A DNA stretch of 36,126 nucleotides. Origin: a bacterium (GTDB lineage: Bacteria > Patescibacteriota > Minisyncoccia > Phycocordibacterales > UBA5272). A program made the translations under genes and the position numbers. Of this stretch, positions 1-9,129 are shown piece after piece; the first letter of the stretch is position 1; each line of letters opens with the position of its first letter. The stretch spans positions 1 to 36,126 of the forward strand of contig JAYSXQ010000040.1 of the NCBI GenBank assembly GCA_043717115.1, written 5' to 3'. The notes beneath the pieces were generated by a model. The model was not told the origin of the DNA. It saw only the letters and a program-made list of their open reading frames with translations, and made no database searches.

Positions 1-1
1 A

Positions 2-3000
2 CTACACATTCTCATTCACCAGCGGTCTCACTTCATCTACTATAAAAGTCTTTTCACCATTACGACTGGAAACTTTTCCTTTTATTATTACTGTCGCATC
101 TAGCTTTATATTATTTTTAATTTTCTCATATGTTTTTGGAAACACTGCCATCTCGATGATACCAGTATAATCACGCACATGTATGAGTGCCATATAGTCT
201 CCCTTTTTGGTTTTAGTTATTTTTAATTTTTCTATATAAGCAGCTATCGCTAACTCCTTGTCGTCATCACTACCACGTATAGTATCTATGTTAATACCAC
301 GCTCTTCCATTTTCTCACGCCACGGATCAAGAGGAAAACCAGAAACATAAAGTCCCAGTAACTCCTTTTCCCATTCTAGTTTTTGTGTTTTAGATGCAGG
401 TGTTTTAGCTGCTAATCTAAACTCTGGAGCAGTTATAATACTGAACATAGACTCTTGCGAGCTGTTATCCTTAACTACTGATTTGTGATACTCTAGTATG
501 CTCTCTATGTTGTGTATTATGCTATTACGTTCAGCTAGTTCGTCTAGCGCCCCACACATAGCTAAGGCCTCGATGGACTTTTTATTTAAGTTTTTATGAG
601 TGATACGCATTAAAAAGTTTTCAAAACTTGTGTATGGTCCATTTTTATTTCTTTCATTTATAATAGCATCTGATATATCAACACCTAGATTTTTAATAGT
701 ATATAGTCCAAAACGTATCTCCTCTACACCAGCAATATTTTTAACTATTTCAAAACTACCAGCTGAATGGTTGATGTCAGGTGGAAGCACAGTGATGTTC
801 ATACGCTGACACTCTGAGACTATTTCGGATATCTTATCTACATCTCCTGATTCGTGTGAGAGTATGGCAGTCATGTAGGCGTACGGGTAGTTGGCCTTCA
901 TATAGCTAGTCTGATATGCGACTAGTCCGTAACTAGCAGCATGAGCCTTGTTAAAACCATACGCTGCAAAAGGTTCAATACGATGCCATAGTTCATTGGC
1001 TATTGACTTGCTCAGTCCATGCTCTACAAATCCCTTTAGTAATTTATCCTTTTGCTCGGCCATTTCTGCCGGTATTTTCTTTCCCATTGCCTTGCGCAGC
1101 TTGTCAGCCTCCAGCCAGCTGTAACCAGCCAGATGTATAGCTGAGAGCATCACATCGTCCTGGTATACGATAACACCAAATGATTGATCCAGTATGTCTT
1201 CGAGTCTCGGATCTAAAAATTCTACCAGTTTTGGATTGTGTTTTCTTTTTATATATTCGGGTATCATTTCTAGTGGTCCTGGGCGATACAGTGCCACCAT
1301 AGCGTTGATGTCAAAAATTGTTGTCGGTTTTAGTTCTTTTAAAAACCTGGTCATACCACTACCATTTAATTGAAACAGTCCTACAGTCTCGCCACGCGCC
1401 AGCATGGCAAAAGTCTTCTCGTCGTCACGCGGTATCTCATCTATGTCTATACTGACACCGTATTTTTCTTTTACTGTTTCTATGGCTGTTGCTAATATGG
1501 AAAGATTTCTTATGCCTAAAAAGTCGAACTTTAGTAGTCCTGCATCCTCGATAGTGTACATGTCATATTGAGTGATCAGTTTTCCTTCACCTTTTGGGTC
1601 ATATTGTATAGGTGAGAACTCCCATATGGGAGCAGGGGATATAACTGTACCTGCGGCATGTACTGACACATGCCTAACACAACCTTCGACATTTTTTGCC
1701 ATGTCTAGTATCATTTGTGTCTCACGATCCGTATCATACATTTCTTTTAATTCTGGCACTTCTTCTAATGCCGTATCTATATAAACTGGAAAACCTTGGC
1801 GTGGCGGTGGTATCATCCGGGATATTCTATCGCCCACTATGTATGGAAACTTCATAGCACGTGCTACGTCGCGCACTGCGCCACGTGCCATCATAGTACC
1901 AAAAGTCCCTATTTGCGCTACATTGTCCATGCCGTATTTATTGCGGGCATAGTTGATAACGTCGTCACGCCTATCATCTGCATAGTCCATATCAATGTCT
2001 GGGGCCGATGGACGTTCTGGATTTAAAAACCTCTCAAAAGGTAGTTTGTACTCGAGTGGGTTACAAGCAGTAATGCGTAGTAGATAAGTAACCAGTGAAC
2101 CCGCAACCGATCCACGGATATTTGTAAGTATACCGTTCTCACGAGAAAACCGCAGCAAATCGTGCACCACTAAAAAGTACGGAGAGTAACCTTTGTTTTT
2201 GATAACCTCTAGTTCATATTCTAGTCTTTTTATCAGCACCTCTGTCCTTTCAAGTTTTCTGTCTTCTATGCCTGCATACGCTAGTACATACAGATCATTA
2301 TCGTATCCGTTTTTAGTTTCTATGTTCGGGAACACCCATTTACCTAGTTCTATTTCAAAGTTTATACTATCGGCTATTTTATGTGTGTTGACTATTGCAT
2401 CTGGCACGTCAGAAAACATTTTCTCTGCATCACTTGGTGAGGTAAATGAAAAGTCAGCATTTTGAAAAAAGTTTTTATAGTACTCCTGTGAGTCTATTTC
2501 TCCCTGTACAGCAATTAATGTTTTATGTGCAGCTTTGTCACCTGTCGATATGTAGTGCACATTACTAGTTGCAACTAGTGGTGTGTTAACTTGCCGAGCG
2601 AACTCTATAGAGTTCGCTCGCATCTCCACCCCATAGTCCATGTAGGTGTGATTAGTTATTTCTATATAATAGTCATCACCAAAAATGTTTTTATATTTTT
2701 CATATACGTTTTTTGCTTTCTCTATGTCATTTTTATTTACATTTTTTTGTAGCGCTTGACCTAATTCTCCCCATGGTCCACCACTGAGGGCTATGATGTC
2801 AGTATGTAGTTTAGTCTTAGTGCTGTTTGAAAATATATTAAAATCATCTAGTGTTAAGAACGGATGAGTATTGTGTATATTTTTTGTATTAGCAATACTT
2901 ACCAACTGCATCAAGTTTTGATACCCAGTAAAACTTTTTGCTATCAGTACTAATGAATAGTCTTTTTCATGAGAACGTATTTTTACTTCACAGCCGATTA

Positions 3001-3178
3001 TTGGCTTTATACCGTTTTTTTTACACTCTTTTACAAACTCTATCGCTCCATACATGTTGTTGTTGTCTGTCAAAGCCATCGCACCCATTCCAAAACCTTT
3101 TGCTGTTTTCACCAGTTTGTCTATTTTCGGTAGGGCAGTTAATAGTGAATAGTGGCTGTGTACTCGCAGATGTATCAT
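2..3178 (-). CDS. dnaE: DNA polymerase III alpha subunit (DnaE), complete 1058 aa
   Basis: N-terminal PHP domain signature (MIHLRVHSHYSLL...DNNNMYG). Long polymerase core with FDFLG and NKAHAASY-type motifs, and a C-terminal OB-like region. ATG at 3178 and TAG at 2-4. Confidence 0.95.
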   Translation of the reverse strand: MIHLRVHSHYSLLTALPKIDKLVKTAKGFGMGAMALTDNNNMYGAIEFVKECKKNGIKPIIGCEVKIRSHEKDYSLVLIAKSFTGYQNLMQLVSIANTKNIHNTHPFLTLDDFNIFSNSTKTKLHTDIIALSGGPWGELGQALQKNVNKNDIEKAKNVYEKYKNIFGDDYYIEITNHTYMDYGVEMRANSIEFARQVNTPLVATSNVHYISTGDKAAHKTLIAVQGEIDSQEYYKNFFQNADFSFTSPSDAEKMFSDVPDAIVNTHKIADSINFEIELGKWVFPNIETKNGYDNDLYVLAYAGIEDRKLERTEVLIKRLEYELEVIKNKGYSPYFLVVHDLLRFSRENGILTNIRGSVAGSLVTYLLRITACNPLEYKLPFERFLNPERPSAPDIDMDYADDRRDDVINYARNKYGMDNVAQIGTFGTMMARGAVRDVARAMKFPYIVGDRISRMIPPPRQGFPVYIDTALEEVPELKEMYDTDRETQMILDMAKNVEGCVRHVSVHAAGTVISPAPIWEFSPIQYDPKGEGKLITQYDMYTIEDAGLLKFDFLGIRNLSILATAIETVKEKYGVSIDIDEIPRDDEKTFAMLARGETVGLFQLNGSGMTRFLKELKPTTIFDINAMVALYRPGPLEMIPEYIKRKHNPKLVEFLDPRLEDILDQSFGVIVYQDDVMLSAIHLAGYSWLEADKLRKAMGKKIPAEMAEQKDKLLKGFVEHGLSKSIANELWHRIEPFAAYGFNKAHAASYGLVAYQTSYMKANYPYAYMTAILSHESGDVDKISEIVSECQRMNITVLPPDINHSAGSFEIVKNIAGVEEIRFGLYTIKNLGVDISDAIINERNKNGPYTSFENFLMRITHKNLNKKSIEALAMCGALDELAERNSIIHNIESILEYHKSVVKDNSSQESMFSIITAPEFRLAAKTPASKTQKLEWEKELLGLYVSGFPLDPWREKMEERGINIDTIRGSDDDKELAIAAYIEKLKITKTKKGDYMALIHVRDYTGIIEMAVFPKTYEKIKNNIKLDATVIIKGKVSSRNGEKTFIVDEVRPLVNENV

Positions 3179-3229
3179 GGTTACATTATAACATAATTTT
3201 AGAACCCGTTTTCATTATATATTTTTAGG

Positions 3230-3238
3230 TGTTATAAT
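3230..3238 (+). promoter_or_regulatory. Extended -10 box TGTTATAAT; predicted TSS coincides with the ATG at 3245 (leaderless)
   Basis: Read directly: TG at 3230-3231 and TATAAT at 3233-3238. The A of the ATG is 7 nt after the last T. No SD in between. Confidence 0.45.
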
Positions 3239-3244
3239 TAAAAT

Positions 3245-3607
3245 ATGGAAAAAGTTCACAGCCCATGTTTAGAATTAAATTGCTCACATTGTTGCGATCC
3301 TGTAAAAATAGAAAGTAGAAGGTCTTTTGATATGGAATTACCAAAAGATAAAGAAGGTAAAGATATTTGGATAAAAAGGCAAGAAGTTTTAAAACCAGAA
3401 AATAATCCAGAAGTTAGTATTACTACTTACGATTGTAAAAACTTTGATATTGTTACTGGACTTTGTCTTGATCATGAAAATAGGCCTAATATTTGTCGCA
3501 ACACAACATGTATAACAGATGAAACTGGAGATCTAGTTGCGCAACAAAAGAAAATGGCTAATGAAAAGTTTATAAAAATTATACCTATAATGCCAAAGAT
3601 GATGTAA
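3245..3607 (+). CDS. YkgJ-family cysteine-cluster (putative Zn/Fe-chelating) protein
   Basis: N-terminal C-x5-C-x2-CC (CLELNCSHCC). Downstream G-x-C-x5-RP-x2-CR motif (GLCLDHENRPNICR), typical of the CxxCxxCC/YkgJ family. Confidence 0.6.
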   Translation: MEKVHSPCLELNCSHCCDPVKIESRRSFDMELPKDKEGKDIWIKRQEVLKPENNPEVSITTYDCKNFDIVTGLCLDHENRPNICRNTTCITDETGDLVAQQKKMANEKFIKIIPIMPKMM

Positions 3608-3608
3608 T

Positions 3609-4670
3609 ATGCAAGATACAAAACAAGACACAATACTAGTGCTCTGTGGTGGGGGTGGTAGTGAACATGAGGTGTCGTTACGCAGTGCTCAAAATGTATA
3701 TGATGCTCTGGAGAGAGTTATAAGTATTGAAAATATTAAATACGACAGTAAATACAAGAGTAAGTATGATAATTTAAAACTAGAAAAAATAGAGTTTTCA
3801 AACATACAAGAAATAGAAAACAAAATAGAATACATAAAACAAAATGTAAAATTAGTTTTCATAATTGTACACGGCATGAATGGAGAAGATGGAAAACTGC
3901 AGAAAATATTTGATGAAAAACATATACAGTATGTAGGGTCTGGTGTAAAGTGTATGGAGTTAACGATAAACAAAATAAAGACTCAAAAAGTTTTACAAGA
4001 AAATGGTATAAAAGTTCCAAAATCTTTGATTGTTACTAAAGAGGAATATTCAAAAGACTGTCAAAAAGACTATTCAAAAGAAAATTTAAAAGAAAAACTT
4101 TCTGGGTTTAACTTTCCAATAATTATAAAGCCAAACACTGACGGTTCTAGTGTATCGTTGTATAAAATTACAGAAGAAAATAAAAATGAAGATAATCAAA
4201 AGTATATAGAAATAGAAAACATTTTAGAAAAAGAATTTACTGAAAAGAGTAGAACAGAAATGCTAGTACAGGAGTTCGTAACTGGCAGAGAATTCACTTG
4301 TGGTGTAGTTTCTGTAAATAAAATAGAAACAGCACTGGAACCAACAGAGATAATACTGACCAAGACAGAGGTGTTTGACTATGAAGCAAAATATAAAGTT
4401 GGTGGCTGTAACGAGGTAACTCCAGCAGACATATCAATAGAACTTAAAAATCAAATACAGCAATTAGTATTACGAGTACACAGTATATGTAAATGTAGAG
4501 ACATATCTAGAACAGATATGATATTAGACCAGAACGATGAGTTAGTGGTGCTAGAAATTAACACCATACCTGGTATTACCAGTACTAGTTTTATACCAGC
4601 ACAATTAGCTGCTTCTGGACTGAGTATGGAGAGGTTGGTTGCTGGTATGTTGGAGAAATATGTAAAATAA
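3609..4670 (+). CDS. ddl: D-alanine--D-alanine ligase (ATP-grasp)
   Basis: ILVLCGGGGSEHEVSLRSA N-terminus, HGMNGEDGKLQ, and ATP-grasp C-terminus LEINTIPGITSTSFIPAQ. Start is 1 nt after the upstream stop. Confidence 0.9.
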   Translation: MQDTKQDTILVLCGGGGSEHEVSLRSAQNVYDALERVISIENIKYDSKYKSKYDNLKLEKIEFSNIQEIENKIEYIKQNVKLVFIIVHGMNGEDGKLQKIFDEKHIQYVGSGVKCMELTINKIKTQKVLQENGIKVPKSLIVTKEEYSKDCQKDYSKENLKEKLSGFNFPIIIKPNTDGSSVSLYKITEENKNEDNQKYIEIENILEKEFTEKSRTEMLVQEFVTGREFTCGVVSVNKIETALEPTEIILTKTEVFDYEAKYKVGGCNEVTPADISIELKNQIQQLVLRVHSICKCRDISRTDMILDQNDELVVLEINTIPGITSTSFIPAQLAASGLSMERLVAGMLEKYVK

Positions 4671-4708
4671 GATCTAGCATGGTGTACATTTACATATAAC
4701 AAAAAGTA

Positions 4709-4717
4709 TGTTAGTAT
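4709..4717 (+). promoter_or_regulatory. Extended -10-like TGTTAGTAT; predicted TSS at the ATG at 4724
   Basis: TG at 4709-4710 and TAGTAT at 4712-4717. The ATG at 4724 is 7 nt after the hexamer. Confidence 0.35.
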
Positions 4718-4723
4718 GTGAAT

Positions 4724-5704
4724 ATGAAATACGAGAAAAGTGGAAAATACGAAAAAAAGTCTGGAAGCAAGTCATCTGGAAGAACGTCATACGGTAGACC
4801 AGACGCTATGCGTACAGGAAGGAGGATAACATCAACTACGAAAACTTTTGCAAAGTCTGTTGGTGGTGCTAAAAAAAGCACAGCTAAAAGTGTCGCAGGT
4901 GCACCGAGTGTTTTAGAGCAAACACAAAACGACTCTTTTTGTGTTTTTGGTATAAACGCAGTTACCGAAGCCATAGAAACCAATCCACAGAAAATAGAAA
5001 AGTTATACATACAAACAGGCAAGAAAAACTTTTCTGCTGAAAAGTACAAGACAGTACTTTCTAAAAATAAAATAGCATTACAAATGGTAGATGAGAGAAA
5101 GATCACAAGTCTAGTGGGTCCAGTTAATCATCAGGGTGTAGTCGTGTTGATGCGTGATTTTGAATATGTAGAAATGGATGAGTTTTTGAAAAGCCTAAAA
5201 ATAGAAAACAATCCATGCCTAGTGTTGCTAGACGAGATAGAGGATACACACAATGTAGGGGCCATAATACGCAGCGCGGTAGCTGCTGGTGTGTCGGGTA
5301 TAATTATACCTAAACATCGCGGGGCACCTATCAACGGTACAGTGTACAAAACGTCAGCTGGGCTAGTAGGAAAAGTTCCAATAATAAAAGTCACTAATAT
5401 AAATACAGCAATAGAAAAGTTAAAAGCAAAACATATATGGGTAGTAGGACTAGATGGCGAGAATACTTCAAAATCTTCAAATGATAGTACGAGAAGCGAT
5501 ATGTGCAAAAGCGACATGTGGAAGACAGACCTAAAAATGCCAATGTGTGTAGTGGTTGGGAATGAGGGTGAGGGGGTGAGAGAGAAAACAAAGGAACACT
5601 GTGACTATCTGGTCAGTATAGCTATGGATACACGTGCCGAGTCATTGAACGCTTCAGTTTCGGCAGCACTACTAATGTACGAGTGGAAAAGACAGAACAG
5701 TTAA
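4724..5704 (+). CDS. rlmB: SpoU/TrmH-family RNA 2'-O-methyltransferase (RlmB-like) with a basic N-terminal tail
   Basis: SpoU substrate-binding-like region (FGINAVTEAIETNP). SpoU motifs LLDEIEDTHNVGAIIRSA, VVGNEGEGV and SLNASVSAALLMYE. The track start at 4718 is GTG; I prefer the ATG at 4724 because of the promoter geometry. Confidence 0.85.
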   Translation: MKYEKSGKYEKKSGSKSSGRTSYGRPDAMRTGRRITSTTKTFAKSVGGAKKSTAKSVAGAPSVLEQTQNDSFCVFGINAVTEAIETNPQKIEKLYIQTGKKNFSAEKYKTVLSKNKIALQMVDERKITSLVGPVNHQGVVVLMRDFEYVEMDEFLKSLKIENNPCLVLLDEIEDTHNVGAIIRSAVAAGVSGIIIPKHRGAPINGTVYKTSAGLVGKVPIIKVTNINTAIEKLKAKHIWVVGLDGENTSKSSNDSTRSDMCKSDMWKTDLKMPMCVVVGNEGEGVREKTKEHCDYLVSIAMDTRAESLNASVSAALLMYEWKRQNS

Positions 5705-5726
5705 TATAGAATATTCCGCATTTTTT

Positions 5727-5735
5727 TGTTATACT
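5727..5735 (+). promoter_or_regulatory. Extended -10 TGTTATACT upstream of hpf
   Basis: TG at 5727-5728 and TATACT at 5730-5735. Predicted TSS is about 5742, which favours the ATG at 5745 over the one at 5739. Confidence 0.4.
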
Positions 5736-5744
5736 AGTATGTAT

Positions 5745-6107
5745 ATGAATATACATATACATCATCATGATTTAGAAATGACTGACGCGTTGCGTCAGTA
5801 TGCACTAGAAAAAATAGGGCAAGTGGAAAAGTACATGCATTCGAAAGAGGGCGCTGATCTAGATGTGTCTGTGGGTAAAATTAGCAAGCATCATAAACAC
5901 GGAGATCATTATAATGTAAAAGTTAATTTAAAATTTGGATCACGTAGAGTACACATAGACGTTATAAACTCGGACGTATATGCAGCAATAGACGAAGCAA
6001 AAGATAAACTGATAAGTGACGTTACTGAGGATAAGGACAAGAGGGTAAGCATGTTTAGAAAAATTGCAAGAGGAGTTAAGTCTGCACTCAAAAGACAGAA
6101 AAATTAG
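5745..6107 (+). CDS. hpf: Ribosome hibernation promoting factor / RaiA family
   Basis: MNIHIHHHDLEMTDALRQYALEKI matches the usual HPF N-terminus (MNIxIxGxxxElT). Size is about 120 aa. An alternative in-frame ATG lies at 5739. Confidence 0.85.
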   Translation: MNIHIHHHDLEMTDALRQYALEKIGQVEKYMHSKEGADLDVSVGKISKHHKHGDHYNVKVNLKFGSRRVHIDVINSDVYAAIDEAKDKLISDVTEDKDKRVSMFRKIARGVKSALKRQKN

Positions 6108-6126
6108 AAATTAGAAAATAAAAAGT

Positions 6127-6885
6127 ATGCAAGAAAAAAACCCTAAAACAATTAATATAATTATCGGTATAGTCATATTCGCTATAGCTGGAGCAATGAT
6201 ATACGTTTTAAATAGTGAGCCAAAAATAAAAGAGGATAATTTACAAATGGACACGTTAAATATAAATAATCAAAATACAAATAGTGTAAATGCAACCACA
6301 ACTAATAGTACGACTAATAGCACAAGCACAGCCACAACTACCAATTCAACAACAACAGAAAATATAAAACAGAATACAAAAACTATGCAAGACCAAAAAT
6401 ACAAAACAGTTACATTAAAAACAAGTAAGGGAGATATCACTATCGAGCTTTTTAATGACAGCGCGCCACTAACTACGGCAAACTTTGCAAAATTAGTTGC
6501 ATCAAAGTTCTATGACGGAGTAAAGTTCCACCGCGTTATAGCAGGGTTCATGATACAAACTGGTGACCCACTTTCAAAAGACGATGCTAAAAAAGCCTAC
6601 TGGGGTACAGGTGGTCCTGGCTATCAATTCGCTGATGAGTTAACAGGTAATGAGACTTATGAGCAGGGTACTGTTGCTATGGCTAACAGTGGAGCTAATA
6701 CCAACGGCTCACAATTTTTTATTGTTACTGCCAATATGCGTGCGACCTTACCTCCTAAATACACTGTATTTGGTCGTGTTACTAAGGGTATGGATGTAGC
6801 GCTTGCAATTGAAAAAGTTAACACTAATCCACAGAACGATCAGCCGATAGTTGATGTGACTATTAATTCTGCTACAGGCAAGTAG
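6127..6885 (+). CDS. Cyclophilin-type peptidyl-prolyl cis-trans isomerase, membrane-anchored with a Thr/Asn-rich linker
   Basis: N-terminal TM helix (IIIGIVIFAIAGAMIYVL). TTNSTTNSTSTATTTNSTTT linker. Cyclophilin core FHRVIAGFMIQTGDP ... VAMANSGANTNGSQFFI. Confidence 0.9.
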   Translation: MQEKNPKTINIIIGIVIFAIAGAMIYVLNSEPKIKEDNLQMDTLNINNQNTNSVNATTTNSTTNSTSTATTTNSTTTENIKQNTKTMQDQKYKTVTLKTSKGDITIELFNDSAPLTTANFAKLVASKFYDGVKFHRVIAGFMIQTGDPLSKDDAKKAYWGTGGPGYQFADELTGNETYEQGTVAMANSGANTNGSQFFIVTANMRATLPPKYTVFGRVTKGMDVALAIEKVNTNPQNDQPIVDVTINSATGK

Positions 6886-6944
6886 AAGAGAAAAGTAGTC
6901 TAGTGTAAAAATAGCAAATATAAACATAAAAAAGTTTTACAAAT

Positions 6945-6973
6945 AAAAAAGCCTACAATGTGTAGACTTTTTT
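6945..6973. terminator. Bidirectional hairpin terminator between convergent genes
   Basis: AAAAAAGCCTACA-ATG-TGTAGACTTTTTT. Short stem with one mismatch, flanked by an A-run and a T-run. Confidence 0.5.
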
Positions 6974-6988
6974 GCTATATTAAAAAGG

Positions 6989-7528
6989 TTAACCTTTTCC
7001 GTATCCGCGAGTTTTTTTAAACACAACTTGGGGACCCAAGTTGACGGTTGCAGAGATTTTTGACACAGAATTACCGATGATCTGTGCGAGTCGTAAAGGA
7101 CTTTCTCCTTTATAAACTGGTTGCGACATTAGGTCGCATACAGTCGTAGGATCGCGCCCCACAGTCGGTAGAATGTAGCACTCGTAAGTGAACACCGCCT
7201 CCTCTGTTACGAAGTAAGAGTCTAAAAATACTTTCTTCCCCTTTTTTTGCTCAAAGAATATTATGCTTGCCGTAGACCCTTTTTTATAAGGATCGGTTGT
7301 GATATTAATCATTTGCCCACTCTCGAGAGGTGTCGTAAACGACAACTCTTCTTCTCCTGTGACGACCAGCAGGTCGTCACAGGCTTGGGTGAATGGTATC
7401 ACTCGGCCATCTTGGCACTGTTTTGCTTCCATATGAGACAATACAGGCGAGGAACTCTCAGCATTGACAGCAGTCGCTGAAAATAGACCTACAAAAACTG
7501 TAGCCATCGAGATTGAAAAAAACTTCAT
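6989..7528 (-). CDS. Secreted hypothetical protein (179 aa), compositionally atypical
   Basis: Signal peptide MKFFSISMATVFVGLFSATAVNA-ES. No family recognised. Spot G+C counts are 26/60 (line 7081) and 34/60 (line 7141), against roughly a third or less in neighbouring genes. Confidence 0.7.
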   Translation of the reverse strand: MKFFSISMATVFVGLFSATAVNAESSSPVLSHMEAKQCQDGRVIPFTQACDDLLVVTGEEELSFTTPLESGQMINITTDPYKKGSTASIIFFEQKKGKKVFLDSYFVTEEAVFTYECYILPTVGRDPTTVCDLMSQPVYKGESPLRLAQIIGNSVSKISATVNLGPQVVFKKTRGYGKG

Positions 7529-7579
7529 TGTAATATCCTTTGATTACTACTAGAGACAACACGTCCTAGTCCTGTAAAG

Positions 7580-7608
7580 ACTATAACATATTGTATATAC
7601 TATGTCAA
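7580..7608 (-). promoter_or_regulatory. Near-consensus sigma70-type promoter for the 6989-7528 gene
   Basis: Minus strand reads TTGACA (7603-7608), a 17-nt spacer, then TGtTATAGT (-10 at 7580-7585). A leader of about 45 nt follows, with AAAGGA 7 nt before the ATG at 7528. Confidence 0.55.
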
Positions 7609-8549
7609 GCACTAATTTTTGTGATGTACCCATGCTTAAAGTCTAGCCAGCTCATCTGATCTTTCCCTTCTGGTGTCAGAGTAACTATGAGTGTATCTAA
7701 ATTATCTGCATTTAGGTTAATTTTATTTATTTTTATACGTAAAGTTTTATCTAGATGTGTGTGAAAGAAAAATACTCCAGGCCACGGTGTCAATGCACGG
7801 TATTTGTTTTTAATAGTGTTTATTTTTTCTATTAGCATCTCATCGTTGTCGGTATCGCTTGGTAAAAATACTTCACCTTGAGACTTTTCTATGAACTTAC
7901 AAATGGTAGCTTTTGTGTGGTCTTGGTCTTGTAGTTTTAAACTTCCGTCCATATAGTGAGGGATTATCTGTACTAGTAGTTCACCGCCAATTTGACCACA
8001 GACTTTTTCAAGTGAGCCATTGGTGTCAGTGTTTTGTATGTGAACTTTTTGTTTTACTAGTATAGGCCCATGATCCATTCCTGCGTCTAATTGTATAATG
8101 CTGACTGCAGTTTCTGTGAGGCCATCAAGTAGTGCTGACTGTATAGGTGATGGTCCACGATATAGCGGTAGATTAGACGGATGCACATTTATAAAACCAC
8201 GCTCTGGGACTTGTAACAGGTACTCTGGTATTATCTTTCCATAACTTGCAACTATTGCTAGGTCGTAATTTTCAAGTAGTGGAGAAGTGTCATCCAACGC
8301 TCCTAATTTTAAAGTTTCCGGTTGATATACTGCTATGTTTTTAGACTCACACCAAGTTTTTATAATTGGAGGAGTTAACACTTGATGTCTACCTATTTGC
8401 GAATCTGGTTTTGTAACTACTGTTTTTGGTATGATGCCAGATACATATAGTGTGTATAAAACACTTTCTGCCAGTGGTCCTGTACCAAAAAATATTATTT
8501 TCTTTTCTCCCAGTTTTTCTTGTATCTTTTCTTTTAATTTGTCTTTCAT
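7605..8549 (-). CDS. fmt: Methionyl-tRNA formyltransferase
   Basis: IIFFGTGPLAESVL N-terminus and HPSNLPLYRGPSPIQSALLDG motif. The track ORF extends to 8630 and overlaps def. The internal ATG at 8549 (MKDKLKEK) removes the overlap. Confidence 0.9.
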   Translation of the reverse strand: MKDKLKEKIQEKLGEKKIIFFGTGPLAESVLYTLYVSGIIPKTVVTKPDSQIGRHQVLTPPIIKTWCESKNIAVYQPETLKLGALDDTSPLLENYDLAIVASYGKIIPEYLLQVPERGFINVHPSNLPLYRGPSPIQSALLDGLTETAVSIIQLDAGMDHGPILVKQKVHIQNTDTNGSLEKVCGQIGGELLVQIIPHYMDGSLKLQDQDHTKATICKFIEKSQGEVFLPSDTDNDEMLIEKINTIKNKYRALTPWPGVFFFHTHLDKTLRIKINKINLNADNLDTLIVTLTPEGKDQMSWLDFKHGYITKISA

Positions 8550-8562
8550 ATATTTTAAATAC

Positions 8563-9084
8563 TTAATAGTTTTCTTTTGGGTGATCAGGATCATCACGAA
8601 AATCAAAACCATGGTCAGTAAATAGCACACCGTCCAAATGGTCTATCTCATGCTGTATGATGTGCGCCACTAGTCCACCTGCACCATAACTAAACACGTT
8701 TCCATGCTCATCATATGCTTTTACAGTGACGTTCGTTGCGCGCCAAGTGTTTCCGTATATACCACGCACAGACAAACACCCCTCGTCTTTTATCTCTTGT
8801 TTATTAGAAGTTTTTGTAATTGTAGGGTTTATAAAAACAGAAGGTCTCCACATAGCGTCATTTTTATAGCCTCTAGTTTCGTCTATGACAAATATCCTTT
8901 TATTTATGCCGATCTGTGGCGCAGCTAGTGCCACACCGTCGGACTCACGGTGGGCTATTTCTTTCATTTGAAATATCATCTTCTTTAGCTCTTCAGATCC
9001 AAATTCACTTTTTGATACAGGTGCCGATATGGCGCGTAGTATAGTGTCTCCCTCCTTGGTATGTGTTTGTACTAGCTTATACAT
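8563..9084 (-). CDS. def: Peptide deformylase
   Basis: The three PDF motifs are present: GVALAAPQIG, EGCLSV and HEIDHLDG. Confidence 0.93.
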   Translation of the reverse strand: MYKLVQTHTKEGDTILRAISAPVSKSEFGSEELKKMIFQMKEIAHRESDGVALAAPQIGINKRIFVIDETRGYKNDAMWRPSVFINPTITKTSNKQEIKDEGCLSVRGIYGNTWRATNVTVKAYDEHGNVFSYGAGGLVAHIIQHEIDHLDGVLFTDHGFDFRDDPDHPKENY

Positions 9085-9129
9085 GTTGACATTTTAGCAT
9101 ACATTAAACACCTTTTAAAGAGTCTTATT

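Noticed and set aside
6290-6360. Short periodic ACAACT/AATAGT repeats (also about 28010-28110), considered as a tandem-repeat or CRISPR-like signal
   Set aside because: They are in-frame Thr/Asn/Ser codon runs within coding regions. There is no repeat-spacer organisation anywhere in the window.
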